Positions 29,104 through 40,520 of a stretch of DNA of 64,000 nucleotides are shown in pieces. This stretch comes from Balanoglossus misakiensis (Eukaryota; Animalia; Hemichordata), in the NCBI GenBank assembly GCA_040954595.2, contig CM082576.2, positions 10,791,129 to 10,855,128 of the forward strand, in the 5' to 3' direction. A program made the position numbers and the translations under genes. The number at the start of each line of letters is the position of its first letter. Within the stretch, counting starts at the first letter, position 1. The notes beneath the pieces were generated by a model. That model searched no databases and was not told the origin of the DNA. It saw only the letters and a program-made list of their open reading frames with translations.

Positions 29104-30772
29104 GCTAAATGTCATTCATATTTTAGATGTGCAATTATATTTATACCAAAATAACAGAAATTAGTCTGAGAAGTTTACAAGACAAAAACAGAGCGACCAA
29201 GTCTTCTCATCAAATATTTAGTTGCACTTATTAAAATTGCAGATTGCTGCTGTCACTTGGGATTTAACAGCATGGAGACGCTGTAAAATTGTTTTACACT
29301 AGTCATCGCACACAAATTCGGCGAAGCTCGTTTTGGGGAGAAGTCAGTGATTGAAACATCGAGCTGTTAGTGTGAATAGCCTTGGCAAATGCGATAAACA
29401 CTGTTTGAATGACTGTGCCACAATTACAAGGATGTCCGCCAATGTCTTTCAGTGTGTCGTGTCAAACGATTATTGTTCCCTTGTCAAGATCATTCCCCAG
29501 CACTTCCTCGATGTCTTTTTGAGCCCGTAGATAATATAACAATATACTTATCGCGGTCGTCACTGTTTTTTCTCTGAAATGAGAATTCTGGATACCAAAC
29601 GACCGAGTGTTTCTGCGTAGTAAAACTATTTTAGTGAGAAGTGCTTCCTTCAATATACACTAGAAGTAAGGCTGCATTCACAAACACCTCTGGAGGGGGG
29701 GGCGGGAGAATTCAATTTTTTTTACCGCTAATTTTCACATGCCCCCCTTCCGAACTGCCAATATTTTCAAATCCCCCCCTTCCGAACTGCCAAAATTTTG
29801 AAATCCCCCCCCCCCATTGTCTTTCACAGAGCAAAACACATCACCTATCTATCTTGTAAAAAGAAAAACAGCGCTCCCATGAAAAGAATTTGAAACTGAT
29901 GTTTCCCCTCATCAGTGGGTATTAAAACTGAACATTGTTTTTATTTTTTAAGTACATATATTTGTATTCTGTGTTGAGAGACTTTGTAAACCGAGAATTG
30001 AAGGGGGTGGGTTTGGGAGGGGGTGTCCCCCTCCCACGTAAGAAAATTTTCTAAAATACAGAGCTCAAAGCTGCATTTTAATGAACCCGGCAAAAGCAAA
30101 TTAACTCAACTACAGGTATGTTGGGGAGGACAAATTTAACCGTCGGCGCTCAAAGTTATCATGGGGTGGGGCAAGTCCCCTGACCTGGGACACTAGATAA
30201 ACCAGTCAATGATTGAAAGGTGTTGATGAATGGAGGGGGTGGGTGTGGGAGGGGGTGTCCCCCTCCCACATGAGAAAATTTTGTAAAATAAAGGGCGCGA
30301 AACTGCATTTTTGTGGACTCAAAATAAATATTTAGTCGTTAAAGTTTTCAAGTCCCCCCCTTTCAGTCCCTAAATTATTTCAAATCCCCCCCCTCACATA
30401 CCCTCAATTTTTTCAAATCCCCCCCCTCAATTCTCCCGCCCCCCCCTCCAGAGGTGTTTGTGAATGCAGCCTAAAGGCGCTACCTACCGGGTTTTCGAGT
30501 TGCCCCAAAGCGTGCAAGATCATTTTCTTCTCGTTCAGGAAAAAACGGTCGCCAACACATTCGTAGCGTTTGTAGCTGACTGCATTGTAGCCCTGTTCTG
30601 TCAGCTGCCTCCTCCGCCTCGCGTAATTTTCACGGAAAACAGCCTCCCTCGTCGGACTGGAGCAGTTGTACACGGTCTCGGAACGGGCTTGTATGTGCAT
30701 TCCCTGGTGCGACGGTATTGGTAACGGCGTCGTCTTGACGTAAGATCGGGGGTCCCGGTTCTTCGGAGCCAT
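14430..30772 (-). CDS. CCDC60: coiled-coil domain-containing protein 60 (~766 aa with all candidate exons)
   Basis: Minus-strand exons 30772-30488, 25879-25704, 24990-24921, 24608-24481, 22883-22812, 20638-20405, 19389-19279, 18785-18671, 18250-18007, 17789-17723, 17310-17211, 16867-16773, (15979-15968 microexon), 15824-15684, 15177-15022, 14844-14655 and 14534-14430 are phase-consistent. The motifs ITSVKLGHGLFSIIR, RPYTPCHS, FRQLCAVNWLLEAM and LRSWELCSPDICAAVEFVREKV match recalled human CCDC60 (IQSVKIGRGYFAILR, RPFTPIHS, FRQLCALHWLLEAL, WELCSPDIAVAIEFVREHI). Confidence 0.88.
17655..17668. promoter_or_regulatory. RFX X-box-like motif GTTGCTATGGAGAC in a CCDC60 intron
   Basis: Close match to the X-box consensus GTYNCYATRGNAAC; function is inferred only. 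Confidence 0.3.
25937..25998. repeat. 31-bp tandem duplication (GGCTGAAACAACACTATTTCCCCAACTGATA x2)
   Basis: Two adjacent identical copies just upstream of the CCDC60 exon 2 acceptor. Confidence 0.85.
29049..29101. repeat. (GAT)n microsatellite
   Basis: Direct reading. Confidence 0.97.
29670..30471. mobile_element. non-autonomous DNA transposon (MITE), PIF/Harbinger-like, 802 bp
   Basis: Terminal inverted repeats of ~43 bp, GGCTGCATTCACAAACACCTCTGGA(G)nCGGGAGAATT, at both ends. TAA flanks both sides (29667-29669 and 30472-30474), matching the Harbinger TWA target-site duplication. There are C-rich subterminal repeats and no transposase ORF. Confidence 0.88.
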
Positions 30773-31680
30773 GGTCGCGGGTTCCAGCCAGTTCCCCCCG
30801 TGGTTCGTAAGTCAAGGTAATCTACGTCTCAAATGCACGTCCTGTAACACTTGTCGAAAGAGTTGCAAGCCCTCATCAAGACACGCTGTACATGTAGCTG
30901 TACACCACAACAAGACCAGCTGAGTTTGTACTACACCGCGTACACGTATCCGGGGTGCACGGCAGTTCTTCAACAAAACTTGGGACCCACTTGGTCGACT
31001 TTGGAAGCGCTTGGGCCAGTCCCAACCTGTTGAGGTTGTGCTGATACTACTTGGAAGCAATCATGGATGTGATATAGTCTTCATAGTGTATAAAACGCCT
31101 CGAAACGGTTGCTTAAACTTCTGGAGGAAAGAACTGATTTCACACACGACATTCAATGGATGATGAATTGGCTCTTCCGTTCGTTTTGATTACTCCCATT
31201 TTCAAGTTTCGTAATTAAAGATTAAATAAGATCTTCGAATGCCCAAGTTCTCAAACATCCGTAACTTTGGAATTAAACATATTTTAGGTAAATTTCTTCG
31301 GAATAATTTTTATTGTTGATGCTGTTTTCATGCAAATATTGTTTTATTTATGGCTATGAAATGGGTGGCAGTCAAAGAAGGAACAGCCCATCTGAATGAA
31401 TTAGGTTACTTAGCTACTCGTTGTAAACAATATTGGACTGCCTGTTCATGCTGTGTACGTGCCCTTCGTCTATTCCCAGTAGTCACACCGTGCGCGGTCC
31501 TTACACCGTGACAACGTTCAAATCGTGTGACGCACAATATCAGTAATGCCTCACTACAATGCACAACATTTAATGACTTTAGTCCTGATTCAATGCAAAC
31601 TTTGAATCGAAGGAAAAAGTACAGGAAAAACTTGAGATGCCACGTGATTGATTATACCTAGTCAATAAAATAACCAGGTG

Positions 31681-31747
<67 letters not shown>

Positions 31748-31748
31748 T
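31681..31748. repeat. (TTTA)n microsatellite
   Basis: Direct reading; it explains the LFIY-repeat ORF at 31678. Confidence 0.97.
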
Positions 31749-32854
31749 TACCATTGCATTGCCACATCGTCGCTCCGGCGACTGCTTCCTGAATAATTCC
31801 AGTCTCGCATCAGTGCGTCAACCGATCCGAAGCAGTCTTTTTGTGTGTCGCGTCCACTCCAAAACGTTTGAATTGATACGCCTATATCCCGCTCTAAAGG
31901 CAGAGAAAATTGAACCGCAAAATCATGGTGGAAATAACCCTGCTAAGTAGCGGGAAAACTGTTTGAACTTGAACCAGTCGTCCTTTTTAATGATTTGACA
32001 GAATATGACTCAAAAACCACTTCCCTTCATTATGTATACGTTGGGGTACAATGTACGTACAATATGAGAAATAAAGAAGTAAGGCTTCCTTCTTTCTCAG
32101 AATTTGACTTACCGACAACACATACATGTACGCAATGAAAAGATATTTCAATGATGAACTTATATTTTCGTGTGTTAGTCAAACAAGGTGACGTGTATAC
32201 AAGGAATAGGCGTTTTAAATCTGCTGAAGCCAACAAAAACCCTGGGTGTCGCGTCATCCACAATCCTTGAAATCTAGATACACTGCAGTAGTCCTTACTC
32301 AATTTTTATTTTCTGCAGGTCGATAGACTCTTGGTGTTCAGATATGAAAATCTCCCTCACAACATCATGGACCTAGCCTATCATCGGAGTCTATTACAGA
32401 TAAAACGTTGATACCCGCCCGCTTCCCTTGGTGGAAAAAAACTTGATTGACAGAAAATCTTACGCAAATTATCTCTCCGATATAATTTTGCTATAGTATA
32501 TTATGAGACCTTTGAGACCAAGCTGGTATTGTATCTCTGCGGTTTGTTGTGAAGTATTACATTCGAAAACATCATTTTTACAACTGAGCTGGAGTTGTGG
32601 TCTCAGCTCATGAAAGTATGCCCTCAACGACGGATGTGTTAAATATGACATGGAGAATTTTGGAATACTTTTGAAGTTCCTGGCACTGAGGCAAATCAGC
32701 GGGGAAATGGTGAACTTGACTGTGCCCTCGAGCCAAAATCCTTGCTGTAGAACTGTAGCTCGAGTTTTTGCCTTGTGTTGTGTGTGGACGACAGAATCCG
32801 ACTTTCCATCCACACACAATTCCAGGCAAAGCCTGGGGCAAACCTCACATCCCA

Positions 32855-33016
32855 AAATTGCGTGAAAATAAAAAGTCGCGTAATTTTTTTGAAGATAGAT
32901 AACGATGCAGTGAATTAAATAAGAGAACGCGAAAATTAATACTCGCGAATTCGAAACAGTGGCCTCTCTCGATATCGCGAAAATTTTAACTCGCGAAAAT
33001 AAAGTGTTTTACAGTA
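32855..33016. mobile_element. probable terminus of a TA-targeting (Tc1/mariner/Tc2-like) non-autonomous element
   Basis: Repeated CGCGAAAA(T) subterminal motifs end in ...AAAGTGTTTTACAG-TA. The matching opposite terminus was not found in the window. Confidence 0.45.
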
Positions 33017-35328
33017 TGTCTCGATTTCTCCAGTACCTATTCATTCACGAGAGTATACATTGAATAAAATACCACACAATACTGATTCACAAATGGTCCC
33101 TATTTCATAGTTGACCGTTGGGGGCGCCGGTTATGGCCATGAAGCATGGATTCCTTATTTGTAGTCTTTGAAAGAAGGTATTTTTGCGAGACAAAAAAAA
33201 AACGCAGAAAGTGGATAATTTTCCACCTATTACTCCGCCTATAATTTCGGTATGAATGCAAAGTTGCCTCGAATTGTTTTCACTACTAATAAACGGTTTT
33301 CAAATGTCATAGATTAAACATCAAACGTTCCTCGTTTGTGTTCGTTTTTTTTTACAAGCTAACGCAAACAAGAAATTGAAAGCGCTTTTTGACGCGGAAT
33401 CGACAAACATAAATTGTATTATCATAGTTATTGAAGTAATTGAGTAGAATTTTACTCGAAATGAATGTAAAGACCACGCTCCCCTTTGAACGCTGGCATT
33501 ATTGCTAATATTGACCCATGACCAGATCAATGATAGAGGTCGAACAATTATGAAACCGCGATAAATGAGCTCATACCTATATATGCGCGGCTTTAAAAAT
33601 ATAGTAATTTTATGTGTACGTGAATGTATTAGTAAACTGACCGGCGAGGGTATTCGGTGAATGAATTATATACATTTGTTTGAAATCGCACTGATGATTT
33701 TTCCATCATGCATACGTGTACATACCGTGATTGTTGAAAAACAAGAGAGTTTCTCGGTCTATGTGCGTCTTTGTCTGTCTGTGTGTCTGTCGACGTCTGG
33801 GTACTTTTAGTGTTCGTGTTTAAGTGTTTAGTCTCTGCCTTTAATAGCAATCCCCTGTCAACCCTCGACAGTGTCGAAATATGAGTTTGTTCAGCCAGAC
33901 CCTCGTGGCCATGCACTTGTCCTATTTGAATCTCACCGCAAGTCGTGCAATCAGCATGTCGCAATAGCAAACACACCAATCTTTAATCACCGGGTGTTGA
34001 AATCTCTATCTGATATATATTGTGCAATTTGTGGTCGTCGCGAAGAATTAGGTCTACACCCCGGGGCCAATCTGATTAAACTCTCATATATCGATCGGCT
34101 GGGGTGGTCTTTCGCATTAATTATTTTAATTTCATTGTTTTCGCTGGCATTAAATTTTAATAAGATTGGAGTAACTTCTGTACCAGGCTGGGAGGTCACT
34201 TAAGTCACATTTCACCGACATCTCGTTGAATGACCGTCTAAGAGTTCATTTCGCCTGAGACTTGTATACTAATTCCAGATTACGTATATGTACACTGCAA
34301 GAAATGCTTCGAATCACACGCGTTCCTCCATTTTAAAGGTATACGGTCACCTATGCAAATTTAGCTTTAAATTTAAATTTAGAATAAAATATCCCATGAG
34401 GAGAGGGAAATCAGGTTTAATATGCGCAGTTTCAATGACCCATTAATCTAGTGTTGGCGTAACGGTGTTTGGTCATCTCAATAGTCACCCGGCTAAAGTC
34501 GGCACGCAGATATCAGACACTGATATCTGCCATGTTATGTAACCTTGACTGTCTTCTTCAGTGACAAAAAGAGGATTGAAGAAGAAAAATGAAGTGACCG
34601 CAGAATACAACTTATGGGAACGAAACCCGGACTGTATTTTCTACCTTTATTGATTAAACATAAGCATATCGTGTCAGATCCACTGTGTCAGTTCAAAAAC
34701 GAAAACAAAAGCCAAAAAACAGTAAAATAAAAACAAACCAACAATATGTACAACGTTATTATACAACATGTGTCAAAGAACGTCATTCACCAGTGCTTCT
34801 TAAGTTATAAAATGTTACGGACAAAGTGATAATTCTTTTGACGATGAGATGCATTTTCTAGATTTGGTTATTTACAAGATTTGTCTCAGTTGCAAACTGC
34901 TGATAAGGCACGAGCATGGGTTTCCTGTACATTCAGGATCAAAGTATTAATTAAAATACAGCTTTATCCCATCGTCACAAGGATTGTCACAAAATCTGTA
35001 CATTTCTATTTAAAAAATGCTGACGTCAACATGTAGCATGTATTTCTCCCGACCGTTTTTTTTCTTAACCACGTGGTATACAATTTTCTATAGTTTCCAC
35101 GATGTACATCGAAAATGTAATATTTTGCCTGGAAACACCGTCCTTGGGCACAAAGTCACAGATGTACAAAAGACAAAGTGTAAAATCACAGAAAATGCGA
35201 ACAAAAATTCGGAGTGGAATGCTTATTAGTCCATGGTGCATAGAAGATGAAATGAAAGGATGTGGTCCACTTATTGGAAACGATGTCCAGTATCGAAAAT
35301 CACGTGCATAGATCAGAAAATCATTTAA

Positions 35329-35594
35329 AAGGGGAAAAAGTCGCTAACTTCACATTTGTGTTTATTTGTGTTACAAGTGAAAAGTTCCATCTCACCAACT
35401 GCATACTGGCGTAACACGCGAATACTTACGTGACATAAATTTTGGTCTCGGCAGAAGTGAAATCATGGGCGAATTTGCATGTTGCTTATAGGTTAAAGAT
35501 ATGTAAGAGTACATGTCTAATAATAACCAACAACATTTACACACAAAAACTGATGTAAATATACTAAGTGACAGATAGCGACTTTCTTCCCTTT
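35329..35594. mobile_element. small MITE with imperfect TIRs flanked by TTAA (Kolobok/piggyBac-type target site)
   Basis: Left end TTAA-AAGGGGAAAAAGTCGCTAACTTCAC; the right end reverse-complements to TTAA-AAAGGGAAGAAAGTCGCTATCTGTCAC. Confidence 0.65.
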
Positions 35595-38500
35595 TTAAAA
35601 CAATATGGAAGTATGAACATTATAAAAGTTTGCCTTGTAAATATAAGCAATTTAAATTGTTAATGACAGAAGTGGAATGAAAATCAAAGGTGATTTCAAG
35701 CAAAGGCTCAATTGCTTTTCACCCAAAGTGATGTGCGTTTGCATCGTTCTGCATACTGTGAGTTTGAAATCAATTTAAAATGTCGCGTGGTCCCCGCTTC
35801 GTCGCCCACAATAAAAACATTCTGTAAGGTTTCTAGGCGAGACTTATCGAACCGAATTTCGAAGCATTTCGATCCAAAATGATTTTTTTTCTTTCATTGA
35901 AATAAAAAAAAAACCCTGCAAATACATGTTCATGCGGTGATGAGTCGGTTTCTAACCGACAATGGCATGCTTAGAGGCTTGTCTTTGATAAATGGATAGT
36001 GGGGATGGGTGGAGAGACAGAAAAACGGAAATTTACACAAGACAAAATTCCAATTAAGCCCATTTACACACCATTTCCTTATTAAACGCTAGATGTCTGT
36101 ACCACTTGGAAAATCAAATATTTTAGAACATTTTACGTGTGATTTGTCTCGACCGAAACTGCTCATTGCCATGGTTACCGGTTTTTTGTCTTTTAAAATA
36201 TATTTATTGGCAAACGCCACGCATGTTGGTAGGACAAAGGTCGTGGAATTATTTTAAGGTTTATATTAATAACTGTACCCGCACCATACGCCCGATGCGC
36301 CTTCTGTTGTTTGGCTAAGCTTATGACTAATCAACGATGTCCCGGTTCATGACACCCCGCGATGACTACAGTAAATGGACCCGTGTTCAAATGACAGGAA
36401 GGAAAAAAACAATACAGTGAGCTAAGTTTGGGTATGACACACCGATGATTTAAATATTTTCACAATAATATTCAGGAAAAGCGGAAAAAATATACGTAAT
36501 GAGCCCAAACCAACACCACTATGCCTCAGACAACGTCATTACACAGATTAGAACCAGCATATTTGATCTTTATAATTGATGGCGATCCATGTTGGTCAAG
36601 GAAACGCCACCAATACGGACCACTCGACCTTGCAGTGTGTTGTTGACTTATAATTTTAGTAGGCGATTCGCTGCGTTTTCGGATTTTGGTCGCAGGCAGA
36701 TGCTCCGGTTGGAGAATGGGGATGTTTACATACTAAAGGAAGGACAGCTGCGTCATCTTCCCGAATTAATTATTACATATATTCTGCGGCACCTTTATTT
36801 ATAGCCGCGCCTATGAATATGCTGCGTGTCATCATGATCACAAACATCGTGGCGGTACCTCCATGTTGTCACCCCTGTCATCAATTCTACAGCCGGAAAC
36901 TGAAAAACTGCCAAAATCACACCCCGCCTTATACGCCGTTTATTATCGTCAGAAACAAATGCTGAGCCATATATTACATGTACATGTATCTGTAAAATTG
37001 CCCGTACTATAAATGCCAAACGAAGCGGTAGATCAATATATGGCGCTTCATTTTTTTTCTGAAGAAAACTGTACACGTTATTCTTGTATGAAAACAGAGT
37101 GTGCCAAACGGCAGCTTTTCCTGTTCTCGGAACGAGTGTACACGTTTAACTACATCGTCGAATGCCCAAAATTGCTAACAATCGACTTGCGCACTCAAAG
37201 GCCATTTTACAAACGGAAAGATAAATTTATAGTAGTACTTGTATCCACATGAATTCTGACCAACATGACAGATCACGGCATTCACCGCCAAACACGTATA
37301 AAGATGAGGATGTACGTCATAGCCGTGTGACCGTAGCCCCACCAGGACTCCATTTTGAATATGCCAGACACGAAACTAAATATTCGAGGACGCGGCCAAC
37401 ATTCGCGATGTCAAGCTCTTCACAGTAGTGTTACTGCAATTTCATAACTCAATTTATCATAATACGTTGACATATATACAATAGAACGTTTATGTACACA
37501 GGCCGAGATGATTGATTTTTGCCATTTGAAATATCTGTCGCTACGACCTACATGCATTTAGGCTGCATCTCTGCGCATCCGGTATTCTAGTAGGGACAAT
37601 CTCGCCGGCTGTTGTCCAGTTTTTAGTTTGTTTGGCAAGTCTGAGCTTTTCCGCTACTAACAGGAACACACGGAATGACATGATGAGTTGTCGTTCATTA
37701 AAGGAACACAAATTGAGCCGCAGTTGACACGGGAGGGTTGACGTCTAGCCAATCACAGGATTTCACTGAGGCGAAAATAAAATGTGCGCAAACGCATGGT
37801 CATTTATACATCACCGAGACACGCCCTTCTTTAACCATACATGGTCATATGTAAATAAGCTGTGACTGTACTCCTTTAAGAGTTCTATTCAAATCCAGAT
37901 TATAGGTGTAACGTAAACACATCTGTGATAAAATTTCTGATAACATAAATCGCCGTTTATAATGTCATTGAAATGTTTAAACGTTTCATCAAATCAACGT
38001 TTTACATTCGAGAAGAGACTTAAAAACAGTCGACGTCTAGTTTCAGTAGACGGGGACATAAATAACAGACTAACCCCAAACAAAAATGACCTATTTTTTT
38101 ACGGATACATAACAGATGGTTACTACGTACTTTCCCGAGTGAACCCTGTGTTGTGTTGATGGAAAACTTAACGTGACCCAAAGACCACAATTCTACATTC
38201 TAAATGGGCCAATTTTGGTACAGTAGTATGTACATATGTATCTTCAAAAACGGCCCCATGATAAAAAAAATTACACAGTAAAATGACCTAGAATTTAGAC
38301 AAACAAAATAGTACAGTAATAAAAGTCGCTATTCATACACACTCGAAATATACTGAAAATAGTTCAACATCACGTCCCAGTAATTTGGAACAGTAGTTTT
38401 TCTAACCGGGTTTCAGTTGTGTACTGAACAGAGACCTGATCTCTTAGTTTAGTTTCGTCACTCGTTTTGAGTTTTGAACTCAACGTCAATCTCCGAAAGG

Positions 38501-38799
38501 CGTGGTTATTTGCAACACGTATAAACCCTATCATTTTCTCGTTTCATTAAAAAAAAGGCGACCAGAGCGCAGAGTTCGCAGAAATCCCTGACAACGAAAC
38601 GTATAATCAAATCATGGTTAATATTGTATATGTAATGGTTCATATTTCAGTTTCGGGCAGTCGAATTAAGAATTGTAAAAACTGCCACTTGGCAATGAGC
38701 TAATAGAAAGATACTTCAAATCAAGACGTACAGTCGCGTTCATTATTCATCCCATATGTATATATATAATACTAATTACTGTGTACACTTAGTGACACA

Positions 38800-39717
38800 T
38801 CAATCTAGTTCGTACACAAAGTGTATACCCTTCGCCTTTAACTCGGCTTCGACCTTCTCGTCGAACAGTTGGCTCTGTTTTTCGGTGAAGTGGTTTTTCC
38901 AGTCGCCGACGATCCCCTTCCTGAAGAACGGCGACTTCTTCGAGTCGTAGAAGACCTTTGGTATAACTACCTTATCCTTGCCGTGGCGACGGAGCTCGTG
39001 GAAGCCGCAGGACTCGGAGACCTTCTCGATGGTCTCGTCGCTGACGGGTTTGTCGAGGAAGTTAGCCACCATGTGAAGAACGGAGGGAAAGTCCAGTTTC
39101 ATCTGTTCGTAGGTGATGTAGAGCATGTCGACCTGGTCGCTGTTCTCCAGCCAGCCGGTGACGTGCCGGAACCAGGAGCCGTAGATCACCTCGCCCTCGA
39201 TGAAGTCGCCGATGAACTTGTCCCACGCGTCGTCCGACTGCAGGAAGTGGTAGCCGCGCAGCATGTGGAAGAGAGACACGCAGCTGTCCTTCGGGTTCCT
39301 GGCCACGTAGATCACCTTGCACCGCTTGTCCCGCTCCCCCTGCTTGGCCTGCTTGGGGAAGTAGTCGAACGGTAAATGGCTCTTCATCAGCCGCGGTGAC
39401 GACGCCTTCACACACTTGTCGTGGCCCTCCACGCCGGGCAGACTCGGTATGTCGAGCACGGGCACACGCCCCTTCTTGCTCCGCTTGCACGTCCCCCAGC
39501 TATTGTACATCATAGACAATGCTATCTGCAGCCAGGTTGTGCCGGATTTCGGGAAACCGACGATGAAAACGTCGTCGCTGCGCGTGTGGAAATTCTCGAC
39601 TTTTTCCATCAGTTTTGTGTCCACTATTATGGGCAGTGGCAATCCCTTATATCTGAACATAGTACTTCCATATTGTCCTAGCTTACCCACCATCGATAGC
39701 AGCGTCCCCAGATCCAT
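38800..39717 (-). CDS. cytosolic PAPS-dependent sulfotransferase (SULT family), 305 aa, single coding exon
   Basis: Uninterrupted ORF with the 5'-PSB motif GFPKSGTTW, catalytic His in RLMKSHLP, the 3'-PB motif YVARNPKDSCVS, and C-terminal FFRKGIVGDWKNHFT. The first ATG is at 39717 (the ORF track starts at an upstream TTG). Confidence 0.95.
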   Translation of the reverse strand: MDLGTLLSMVGKLGQYGSTMFRYKGLPLPIIVDTKLMEKVENFHTRSDDVFIVGFPKSGTTWLQIALSMMYNSWGTCKRSKKGRVPVLDIPSLPGVEGHDKCVKASSPRLMKSHLPFDYFPKQAKQGERDKRCKVIYVARNPKDSCVSLFHMLRGYHFLQSDDAWDKFIGDFIEGEVIYGSWFRHVTGWLENSDQVDMLYITYEQMKLDFPSVLHMVANFLDKPVSDETIEKVSESCGFHELRRHGKDKVVIPKVFYDSKKSPFFRKGIVGDWKNHFTEKQSQLFDEKVEAELKAKGIHFVYELD

Positions 39718-39787
39718 TTCCGTGATAACGAATCGCTTCAAGACTATCCAGATATCTTAACGGGGCGAACTCGATCCCGATTATGAC

Positions 39788-39799
39788 CAAGATGGCGGC
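39788..39799. promoter_or_regulatory. YY1-like motif CAAGATGGCGGC
   Basis: Exact match to the YY1 consensus, ~70 nt upstream of the SULT ATG. Confidence 0.4.
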
Positions 39800-39902
39800 T
39801 TTTTAAAAGTTGCTGGTCTAAATATGATACTCTCTCCACCAGCTTGTCACGGATAGCCTACAGATTGTAACAGCTGTCCCAGTCGCTTGTCTTTTCCCCT
39901 TT

Positions 39903-40520
39903 CTGCGAAAAAAACAATGAAAATATATGTTAATAAAAACTCGATAGTCGATTAATGAACAGTCGATTTGCGTTCTAGTAATGGTGGGAACGACCACCAC
40001 ACAGGTACCTGCGATTCAAAATGCCGGTGAACTTTGCTGTGTCCAAACAGACATCGAGACGGAGCAGTATTCCCTACAACAAGAGGACTGACCGACGATG
40101 ACGTTTCAACCACCGGTTTCCGTTCACTGAGGCAGGCGACCCACCAGCACATCGCATCATATTCAAATGAAGTCTGTCGTGCGCATTTACATTGGGTATT
40201 GCAAAGTCGAAAATAGCCAGCCAATGGCAAACACAACTCACGAGAGACAATGGGCAGCAATATATATACCGAGCGAGGATGACGATGATGTTACATGCGT
40301 ATATATACGCGGCGGAACAACGAAGCGACTCCACCGACACACAACCCACGCAAGGACCGTTGTGAAAATGAGCCGTCAGTTCACGAACACCTATACAAGT
40401 ATATACGGAGACTTTCGAAGCTATCGCGACCAGTGCAACCGCGCCCTTCTCCGCTATGAGTTAATTCTGATATGCGTTGTCAATTTTTAACTGTGAATTA
40501 TTTCTCTAAAACAAATATAC
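39903..40520 (-). other. candidate 5'-UTR intron of the sulfotransferase gene
   Basis: The minus-strand acceptor TTTTCATTGTTTTTTTCGCAG at 39903 is strong. The candidate donor GAG|GTATAT at 40520 lies next to a CpG-rich promoter-like region (40.5-40.8 kb); the donor choice is uncertain. Confidence 0.4.

Noticed and set aside
32469-32855. 128-aa minus-strand ORF next to a transposon-like end
   Set aside because: No transposase or other recognisable motif, no ATG start and no splice support
38869-39760. Long antisense and alternative-frame ORFs overlapping the sulfotransferase
   Set aside because: Shadow ORFs caused by high GC3 depleting stop codons; no recognisable motifs
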